Source: Clostridia bacterium (GTDB lineage: Bacteria > Bacillota > Clostridia > Oscillospirales > Acutalibacteraceae). From it: 54,971 nucleotides of DNA. This document shows, piece by piece, positions 47,810 through 54,971 of this stretch. Location of the stretch: positions 1 to 54,971 of the forward strand of contig JAFZIW010000138.1 in the NCBI GenBank assembly GCA_017554125.1, read 5' to 3'. The notes under the pieces are model-generated. The model was not told the DNA's origin and ran no database searches. It saw only the letters and a list, made by a program, of their open reading frames with translations. The position numbers and the translations under genes are program-made. Every line of letters starts with the position of its first letter. Within the stretch, counting starts at the first letter, position 1.

Positions 47810-47830
47810 AAGAATTCCCCTTTAAGAAAA

Positions 47831-49594
47831 TTATGTTCTGTTATTTATTTCGCCCTTGATTTTCGATACAAACTCATCGAGCGTCATATTGACCGTTTCG
47901 TCGGTATCTCTGTTTCTTACCGAAACGGTTTCGCTTTCTATTTCCTTACCGCCTATGAGCACCATGTAAGGAATTCTCATATCCTGCCGCGCCTCGCGTA
48001 TCTTGTAACCGATTTTCTCGTTTCGGTCGTCAAGCTGAACGCGAACGCCGGCGTCTTCGAGCGCCTTATATACCTTTTTGGCAAAATCATGCTCGGTACC
48101 CGGAAGCGTCATGACGCGCGCCTGGACCGGAGCGAGCCACGTCGGGAATTTTCCGGCAAAATGCTCGGTAAGTATGCCGATAAAACGCTCTATCGAGCCG
48201 TAGCATACGCGGTGTATCATTATAGGTCTCTGTTTTTCGCCGTTTTCGTCTATATAGAAAAGGTCGAAGTTCTGCGGCATCTGGAAATCAAGCTGAATCG
48301 TGCCGCACTGCCAGGTCCTGCCGATGCAGTCGCGCAGGTGGAAATCTATTTTCGGACCGTAGAACGCGCCGTCGCCCTCGTTTACAATATAGTCAAGACC
48401 GAGTTTTTCGAGCGCGGCTTTAAGACCGTTTGTCGCCGCCTCCCAGTCCTCATCGCTGCCCATACTGTCTTCGGGGCGGGTTGAGAGTTCGACAAAATAA
48501 TCAAAACCGAACTTCGAGTAAACCTGATTTATAAGGTTTACGACGCCGATTATTTCATCGGTTATCTGCTCGCGGGTCATAAATATATGCGCGTCGTCCT
48601 GGGTAAAGCAACGAACTCTGAAAAGTCCGTGAAGGGCGCCCTTTAACTCGTGGCGGTGAACAAGACCGAGCTCGCCGAGACGAAGCGGCAGTTCTCTGTA
48701 ACTGTGAGGCTTACTGCCGTATACCATAACGCCACCGGGGCAGTTCATCGGCTTTATGCAGTAGGTTTCATCGTCGATTACGGTCGAGTACATATTGTCC
48801 TTGTAATGGTCCCAGTGGCCGCTGGTTTCCCATAAATGACGGTTCATTATAAGCGGCGTGGATATTTCAACGTAACCCGCCTTTGTGTGTATATCGCGCC
48901 AGTAATCGATAAGCGCGTTTTTAAGCTTAATGCCGTTCGGCAGGAAGAACGGGAAACCGGGACCCTCATCCGCAAGCATAAACAATTCCATTTCTCTGCC
49001 TATCTTACGGTGGTCGCGGCGTTGTGCTTCTTCCAAAAGCTTAACGTATTCGTCAAGTTCCTCCTGGGTTTTGAAGGCGATACCGCCGATACGTGTGAGC
49101 ATTTTATTGTCTTTATCGTTTTTCCAGTAAGCGCCCGAAATCTGGGTGAGCTTGAACGCTTTAAGCGCCTTGGTGTAGGTGAGGTGAGGTCCTACGCACA
49201 TATCTATATACTCGCCTTGCTGATAAAAGCTTATTATTGCGTCCGGCTCTAAATCGCCGATATGTTCAACCTTGTATTTCTCGCCGCGCTCTTCCATTAG
49301 CTTTATGGCTTCTTCGCGTGAAAGTATGAACGGCTTTACAGGCAGATTCTCCTTGACGATTTTCTTCATTTCCGCTTCGATGGCGGGTAAATCGTCTTCG
49401 GTAAGCTTTTTATCGCCCATATCTATATCGTAGTAAAACCCCTTTTCGGTCGCCGGACCGTAGCCGAAATGCGCTTCGGGGTACAGACGCTTTACCGCTT
49501 GCGCGAGAATGTGCGCGGCGGTATGGCGCAATACTTCGGTTTCAATGCTTTCTTCCGCTTCGGCTACAACGCCGTCCTTGTAAATGATTTTCAT
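47831..49594 (-). CDS. thrS: Threonine--tRNA ligase
   Basis: TGS start (MKIIYKDG), editing-domain H..AH, class II motifs (ELPLRLGELG..HR.E, FTQDDAHIF, G.ERF). The ATG at 49594 follows GGAGGT; the track extension to 49672 covers the T-box. Confidence 0.95.
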   Translation of the reverse strand: MKIIYKDGVVAEAEESIETEVLRHTAAHILAQAVKRLYPEAHFGYGPATEKGFYYDIDMGDKKLTEDDLPAIEAEMKKIVKENLPVKPFILSREEAIKLMEERGEKYKVEHIGDLEPDAIISFYQQGEYIDMCVGPHLTYTKALKAFKLTQISGAYWKNDKDNKMLTRIGGIAFKTQEELDEYVKLLEEAQRRDHRKIGREMELFMLADEGPGFPFFLPNGIKLKNALIDYWRDIHTKAGYVEISTPLIMNRHLWETSGHWDHYKDNMYSTVIDDETYCIKPMNCPGGVMVYGSKPHSYRELPLRLGELGLVHRHELKGALHGLFRVRCFTQDDAHIFMTREQITDEIIGVVNLINQVYSKFGFDYFVELSTRPEDSMGSDEDWEAATNGLKAALEKLGLDYIVNEGDGAFYGPKIDFHLRDCIGRTWQCGTIQLDFQMPQNFDLFYIDENGEKQRPIMIHRVCYGSIERFIGILTEHFAGKFPTWLAPVQARVMTLPGTEHDFAKKVYKALEDAGVRVQLDDRNEKIGYKIREARQDMRIPYMVLIGGKEIESETVSVRNRDTDETVNMTLDEFVSKIKGEINNRT

Positions 49595-49835
49595 ATATTT
49601 ACCTCCAAAAAAATAAACTCCGACCCCAAAAGGGGACGAAGTCAAACTCTGGCTCCGCGGTTCCACCCGCATTCCGGAAAACCGGCACTCAACAGTCTTA
49701 ACGCGACCCGACGTCCGTGTTGCTGCACACGGCGCTCAAAGGTGGTTTTCACTTTTCCGAAAATATACCGCTTACACCGCCCGGCACTCGCTTTGATTTT
49801 CCGCGGAAAAGCTACTGTCCTTTTCAACGCTTTAT
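49595..49835 (-). promoter_or_regulatory. T-box leader (threonine specifier) with terminator/antiterminator
   Basis: Minus-strand RNA contains the T-box core aaugcGGGUGGaACCGCGGag (about 49655-49680). Stem I has AGUA and GUGAAA S-turn elements. The specifier loop reads GAAA-ACC-A (ACC at 49746-49744). The terminator is cgtcccc-tttt-ggggtcg plus T-run (49608-49650). Confidence 0.88.
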
Positions 49836-49841
49836 ATGGCA

Positions 49842-49870
49842 ATGATAGACCAAAAAAGGTATATTGTCAA
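49842..49870 (-). promoter_or_regulatory. thrS promoter
   Basis: On the minus strand: TTGACA (49870-49865), 17 nt, TATCAT (49847-49842). Confidence 0.6.
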
Positions 49871-49971
49871 GTAAAAAGTACGTTTTGTGCGTCTATGGAG
49901 TACAAATGTCCGCAAAATAGGAAGAATCAGCAATTTTTTATTGACAGAAACGTATAAAAGTAGTATTCTAA

Positions 49972-51348
<1,377 letters not shown>

Positions 51349-51358
51349 ACGTTAGACG

Positions 51359-51471
51359 GCGGCGAGGGGAAACCCTCGCCGTAAATATTTAAGCGGGCGA
51401 TTGGTAATCGCCCCTACAAATTACCGATATAGATTGATATTCCGTAGGGGCGGATATCATCCGCCCGTTTT
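51359..51471 (+). repeat. Intergenic mosaic hairpin-repeat cluster B (modules M1-M2-M4)
   Basis: M1 at 51359-51388 is 30/30 identical to 54644-54673. M2 is the hairpin gggcgatt-ggt-aatcgccc. M4 at 51443-51471 is identical to 28236-28264 and ends in a T-run, so it is the likely gdhA terminator. Confidence 0.85.
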
Positions 51472-51550
51472 TTGTATCCAATATGCTTGATTCAAATATC
51501 AGACGTTATAAAAGCTTCGGCGAGAACTCGGCAAAGTTTTTTACGCATGT

Positions 51551-51766
51551 TTAGTTTTGTTTGTCTGACAGACCTAATAAATAGTCTGAAGAAACACCAA
51601 AGTATCGGCAAAGAGTAATTATATCATCAATGCTCGGTTCGCATTTTCCGCATTCCATATATGATATTTTTCTTTGTGTCATACTTACTCTTTTGCCAAG
51701 TTCTGTCTGGTTTAAATCTGCATCCTCCCTTAGATTTTTCACCCTTTCGCCGAAGCTCAATTTCAT
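51551..51766 (-). CDS. XRE-family helix-turn-helix transcriptional regulator
   Basis: 71 aa, FGERVKNLREDADLNQTELGKRVSMTQRKISYMECGK..PSIDDIITLCRYFGVSSDYLLG. The ATG at 51766 lies 6 nt after GGGGGTG. Confidence 0.85.
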   Translation of the reverse strand: MKLSFGERVKNLREDADLNQTELGKRVSMTQRKISYMECGKCEPSIDDIITLCRYFGVSSDYLLGLSDKQN

Positions 51767-51779
51767 GCCTGACACCCCC

Positions 51780-51824
51780 GTCTATATTGTGCCATAGACA
51801 GAAACCGTCTATTGACAATTAGAC
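51780..51824. promoter_or_regulatory. Two operator-like inverted repeats (GTCTA-N8-TAGAC) in the divergent intergenic region
   Basis: O1 is gtctat-attgtgcc-atagac (51780-51799). O2 is gtcta-ttgacaat-tagac (51807-51824). A third half-site tgtctg lies at 51831-51836. Confidence 0.65.
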
Positions 51825-51840
51825 AAAAAATGTCTGTAAT
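51812..51840 (+). promoter_or_regulatory. Promoter of the small ORF / BspA-like gene, overlapped by operator O2
   Basis: TTGACA (51812-51817), 17 nt, TGTAAT (51835-51840). Confidence 0.55.
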
Positions 51841-51863
51841 TGTTTTGCAAGGAGGTGAAAACA

Positions 51864-52097
51864 GTGGCAACAGATAATGAAAAAACAAGAAATGACGGAT
51901 ATTTAGTAGCGAGCAAAAACGGAAAAGATGTTTTCCCTGTTTCTTTTGGCAAAAATTTGATTGAACGCATAAATGGTATGGCAGTGCTCAATCACGTGAT
52001 AACTGAGAACGATTTTAACGATAGTATAGTTTTCAGAGGAATACTATCCGAGTTAGACAACGCTGGCTACTACGTTTATCAATTAACCCGACTTTAA
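51864..52097 (+). CDS. Small hypothetical protein (77 aa) divergent from the XRE regulator
   Basis: The GTG at 51864 lies 7 nt after AGGAGG. Translation VATDNEKTRNDGYLVASKNGKDVFPVSFGKNLIERINGMAVLN... I recognise no motif. Confidence 0.55.
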   Translation: MATDNEKTRNDGYLVASKNGKDVFPVSFGKNLIERINGMAVLNHVITENDFNDSIVFRGILSELDNAGYYVYQLTRL

Positions 52098-52127
52098 TTC
52101 AATGCAAAAAATTTATAGGTGATAGTT

Positions 52128-53603
52128 ATGCGATTGAAAAAGCTATTATCGGTTGTTATGGCGGTAGCGGTGCTTACCGCCATATTGCCGCTTAAGGCAT
52201 TTATGACTTTTGCTGAGTTAGTGTCTTATTCTGGCACTTGTGGTGATGATTTAACTTGGGAATTTGACCCGTCTAGCGCAACCCTTACTATTTCGGGTAC
52301 GGGTAATATGGATGGTTATTTAAGTAATTATATGAATGCACCGTGGTATCCGCATTGTAAAGATATTGAGGCTATTATTATAGGTGCAGGTGTCATTGGG
52401 ATAGGAACTGATGCATTTTACGGTTGCACTAGGCTTACGAGTATTTCTATACCTAGTGGTGTGCAGCATATAGGCTCAGGGATACTAGAAGATTGTAATA
52501 ACCTTGAAAGCATAACAGTAGACAAAGGTAATTTGGTTTATCATTCAACGGGAAATTGCTTAATTAAAACCGCAACGAATGTTTTAATCGCCGGTTGTAA
52601 GAATAGTATAATACCTACTGACGGTAGTGTGTGTTTAATTGAATATGATGCATTTTCGGGTTGCACCGGTCTTACAAGTATTACCATGCCAGATAGCGTA
52701 ACGTCAATAGGCGGTGGTGCGTTTGAGGGTTGCACAGGACTTACGAGTATAACCATACCGGACAGTGTAACAGCAATAGGCTATAAGGCGTTTTCCGACT
52801 GTACCGGGCTTACGAGTATAAATATACCAGACAGTGTAATATCGGTAGGAGGTTCAGCTTTCGATAATACTGCTTGGTATAATAATCAACCCGAAGGTTT
52901 AGTATATGCTGGAAAAGTAGCATACGAGTATAAAGGAACATGTCCGTCTAGAATTATTATAAAAGAAGGTGCTCGTTACATTCGTCCGGAATTGTTCTTG
53001 AATTGTACAGATCTCGTAAGTGTCACTATGCCTCACAGTGTAATGGCAATAGGTGATGGTGCGTTTAAGAGTTGCGAAAAGCTTACAAGTATAACTATAC
53101 CAGACAGCGTAATATCGATTGGCGCTGATGCGTTTCGCGATTGCGCAGGGCTTACAAGTGCTACCATAGGAAATAGTGTAACGTCAATAGGTCATTCTGC
53201 GTTTTACGGTTGCGCAAGTCTTACAAGCATAACAATACCAAACCATGCAGTATCGATTGGCGATTCCGCATTTGAAAATTGTTCAGATCTTAAGTCAGTA
53301 AAAATGGGCAATTCAATTATTTCAATTGGGTCTCATGCCTTTTATAACTGTGTTAAACTTGCATCTATTGTTATTCCCGATTCAGTTGTTGAAATAGGTT
53401 GTAGTGCCTTTGAAGAAACAAAATACTACAATGATAAAAACAATTGGGAAAACGGGGCCTTATATATATGCCGACACTTAATAAGGATAAACAGTGATAT
53501 TGTGTGTGGTAATTATGTGATTAAATACGGAACAAAGTCAATTGCCTACGCGGCATGTGGCTCATTTCCTTCTAATCCATATTTTTACCCAGAGTTAACG
53601 TAG
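52128..53603 (+). CDS. BspA-like LRR protein, N-terminal translated segment (up to the amber codon)
   Basis: ATG at 52128 after AGGTGA; signal peptide; about 12 BspA-type repeats; ends ...YFYPELT-TAG in the middle of a repeat unit. Confidence 0.7.
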   Translation: MRLKKLLSVVMAVAVLTAILPLKAFMTFAELVSYSGTCGDDLTWEFDPSSATLTISGTGNMDGYLSNYMNAPWYPHCKDIEAIIIGAGVIGIGTDAFYGCTRLTSISIPSGVQHIGSGILEDCNNLESITVDKGNLVYHSTGNCLIKTATNVLIAGCKNSIIPTDGSVCLIEYDAFSGCTGLTSITMPDSVTSIGGGAFEGCTGLTSITIPDSVTAIGYKAFSDCTGLTSINIPDSVISVGGSAFDNTAWYNNQPEGLVYAGKVAYEYKGTCPSRIIIKEGARYIRPELFLNCTDLVSVTMPHSVMAIGDGAFKSCEKLTSITIPDSVISIGADAFRDCAGLTSATIGNSVTSIGHSAFYGCASLTSITIPNHAVSIGDSAFENCSDLKSVKMGNSIISIGSHAFYNCVKLASIVIPDSVVEIGCSAFEETKYYNDKNNWENGALYICRHLIRINSDIVCGNYVIKYGTKSIAYAACGSFPSNPYFYPELT

Positions 53604-54584
53604 ATAACTATTCCAAACACGGTAGTTTCAATCGGTAGTTATGCTTTTTTTGGTTGTTCTGGACTTAATAGAGTAATAATACCTGATAGTGTAATAACGA
53701 TAGGCAAAGGAGCATTTTGTGGTTGCAGGGGGTTAAAGCGCATAACTATACCTGATTCGGTAACTCAGATTGGTGGGGAAGCATTTTCTGATTGCAAAGA
53801 ACTTGCCTATATCACACTTCCATCCTCAATAAGTTCAATCGGATACAAAGCGTTTGATGGCACTGGATATTATAATGATGAATTCAACTGGGAAAATGGG
53901 GTTTTATATATTTCTAATCATTTGATTGAGGCTAAAAGAAATGTTGTTCATGGTGAGTATATAGTTAAACCAGGAACAAAAACGATAGCTGAATATGCAT
54001 TTTGTGATATAAAAAATATATCATATAGCGATTATGATGGACCTAATGCTGTAATTATACCCAAAACAGTAACTTCGATTGGCTCATACGCATTTGGCTT
54101 TTGTAAAAATCTAGAATCAATTACGCTACCAATTTCCGTTGTTTCAATCGGTCCTTACGCTTTTGCGGCTTGTGATAGTCTTAATGACGTGTATTACGCC
54201 GGTAGTAAAGAGCAGAAACAAAAAATAAAAATTGATTGTGATGGTCAGGATATGATACCTTTGTTTCAAACGAGTGTTGAAGATGAGCAGGAGTTTAATG
54301 GCAACATCCTTTTGTTAAATGCTACATGGCATTTTGATGCCACGAGTCCAGATAAAGACATACAAAATCATACAAATCTTGACATTAATACTTCAAGTAT
54401 GCAAGATAAGAAGCAAAGCAACAATAACGCGGCGATATATTTGATTATCATCGCTATAGTGTTGGCACTTATTGCTTTTCTAATGCTTTTTTTAAGCAAA
54501 CGGCAACACATGGTTCAACGACAAAGCCCTGATGAAAACATCCAAATATCGCGTAGATTTGACAATAGCGACATATTTAAATAA
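53604..54584 (+). CDS. BspA-like LRR protein, C-terminal segment (open frame after the amber; first possible internal start TTG 53922)
   Basis: Continues the repeat unit (ITIPNTVVSIGSYAFFGCSGL...) and ends with a TM anchor. It has no RBS of its own at 53604. Confidence 0.4.
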   Translation: MTIPNTVVSIGSYAFFGCSGLNRVIIPDSVITIGKGAFCGCRGLKRITIPDSVTQIGGEAFSDCKELAYITLPSSISSIGYKAFDGTGYYNDEFNWENGVLYISNHLIEAKRNVVHGEYIVKPGTKTIAEYAFCDIKNISYSDYDGPNAVIIPKTVTSIGSYAFGFCKNLESITLPISVVSIGPYAFAACDSLNDVYYAGSKEQKQKIKIDCDGQDMIPLFQTSVEDEQEFNGNILLLNATWHFDATSPDKDIQNHTNLDINTSSMQDKKQSNNNAAIYLIIIAIVLALIAFLMLFLSKRQHMVQRQSPDENIQISRRFDNSDIFK

Positions 54585-54643
54585 GAAACGATGTGCAAAT
54601 GGCGATTATTAATTGCATGCTCTACGAATTACAAATAAACTAT

Positions 54644-54770
54644 GCGGCGAGGGGAAACCCTCGCCGTAAATATATAATCGGGCGATTCATGAATTGCCCG
54701 ATTATATATTTGCGCACCTACTGTCTGAAATTTGACATCTGTAATCTGCCGTCTGATTCGACACGGGTTT
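54644..54770 (+). repeat. Intergenic mosaic hairpin-repeat cluster C (modules M1-M2-M3)
   Basis: M1 at 54644-54673 is identical to 51359-51388. M2 is the hairpin cgggcgattc-at-gaattgcccg. M3 at 54712-54770 is about 85% identical to 28140-28190. Confidence 0.85.
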
Positions 54771-54846
54771 ACAAAATATTCATTGCTATTTTGAATGTTT
54801 AATGCTATTATATAATAAAATGAATAGTACGAGGGGAGGCAATGTT

Positions 54847-54971
54847 TTGCCGGAAGAAAACTTATTGTCATACAAATGTCCTGCTTGCGGGTCGCCGCTT
54901 ACGTATAATACAAACGGAAAACTTGTTTGCGACGCGTGCTCAAACGAGTTCGAGGTCGACGCCGTAAAGAA
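54847..54971 (+). CDS. Zinc-ribbon protein, 5' part (continues beyond the window)
   Basis: The TTG at 54847 lies 7 nt after GGAGG (54835-54839). Translation LPEENLLSYKCPACGSPLTYNTNGKLVCDACSNEFEVDAVK has CxxC...CxxC and stays open to the window end. The out-of-frame ATG at 54842 gives only a 42-aa Arg-rich peptide. Confidence 0.5.
   Translation, partial: MPEENLLSYKCPACGSPLTYNTNGKLVCDACSNEFEVDAVK

Larger units (their letters stand above)
52128..54584 (+). pseudogene. BspA-type leucine-rich-repeat surface protein interrupted by one in-frame TAG (53601-53603)
   Basis: The reading frame is the same before and after the TAG. I checked 53604-53921 codon by codon and found no further stop. Signal peptide (MRLKKLLSVVMAVAVLTAILPLKA), many 23-aa LTSITIPDSVTSIG..AF..C repeats, and a C-terminal TM anchor (AAIYLIIIAIVLALIAFLMLFL). 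Confidence 0.65.

Noticed and set aside
53601-53603. Genome-wide TAG recoding (pyrrolysine or a stop-codon reassignment) as the explanation for the in-frame amber in the BspA-like gene
   Set aside because: TAG is used as an ordinary terminator by well-conserved genes in the same window. ymdB ends at 33518-33520 and gdhA ends at 51346-51348, both at the expected protein C-termini. No pyl genes are visible here. A local nonsense mutation or sequencing error is more parsimonious.

Overview
This is a chromosomal segment from a spore-forming Clostridia-class Firmicute. That placement is an inference from yabP-yabQ-divIC, a SpoVB/MurJ-like flippase, an rnfCDGEAB operon, a dockerin protein and T-box control; the exact taxon cannot be determined from the sequence alone. 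Most of the window is tightly packed housekeeping DNA in blocks with Bacillus/Clostridium-like synteny. In order these are: a dockerin protein 3' end; LRR protein plus rnfCDGEAB (minus strand); cls; rpsF-ssb-rpsR; recJ-relA-dtd-MBL hydrolase-hemZ-kinase; a Zn-ribbon protein, a nucleosidase and a flippase; hup-yabO-yabP-yabQ-divIC-yabR; fumarate hydratase alpha, a THUMP methyltransferase, a lipid kinase; groES-groEL; tRNA-Ala; rpmH-rnpA-yidD-yidC-jag; rplM-rpsI; ymdB, an orphan SBP lipoprotein, asp23-yloV-recG; tRNA-Leu; DUF951-prfA-tsaC-coaE-M18 aminopeptidase; cobB; C39-like peptidase-licD-thrS with a T-box leader; gdhA. I see no CRISPR array, transposase, integrase or large multi-gene defence locus. 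The non-ordinary content falls into four groups. (1) A modular family of GC-rich hairpin repeats sits behind groEL, gdhA and the BspA-like gene. (2) Both tRNA genes are followed by direct and inverted copies of their own 3' ends, which look like att scars. (3) An AT-richer islet (judged by eye) between recG and tRNA-Leu encodes an orphan protein with PD-(D/E)xK / QxxxY nuclease motifs, followed by a structured element with phased iteron-like repeats. (4) A second AT-richer islet of about 3.2 kb is bracketed by 30-nt perfect direct repeats. It carries a divergent XRE repressor and small-protein pair with clear operators, plus a BspA-type LRR surface protein of about 817 aa split by a single in-frame TAG. 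All functional calls come from reading the translations and motifs; no database search was run.
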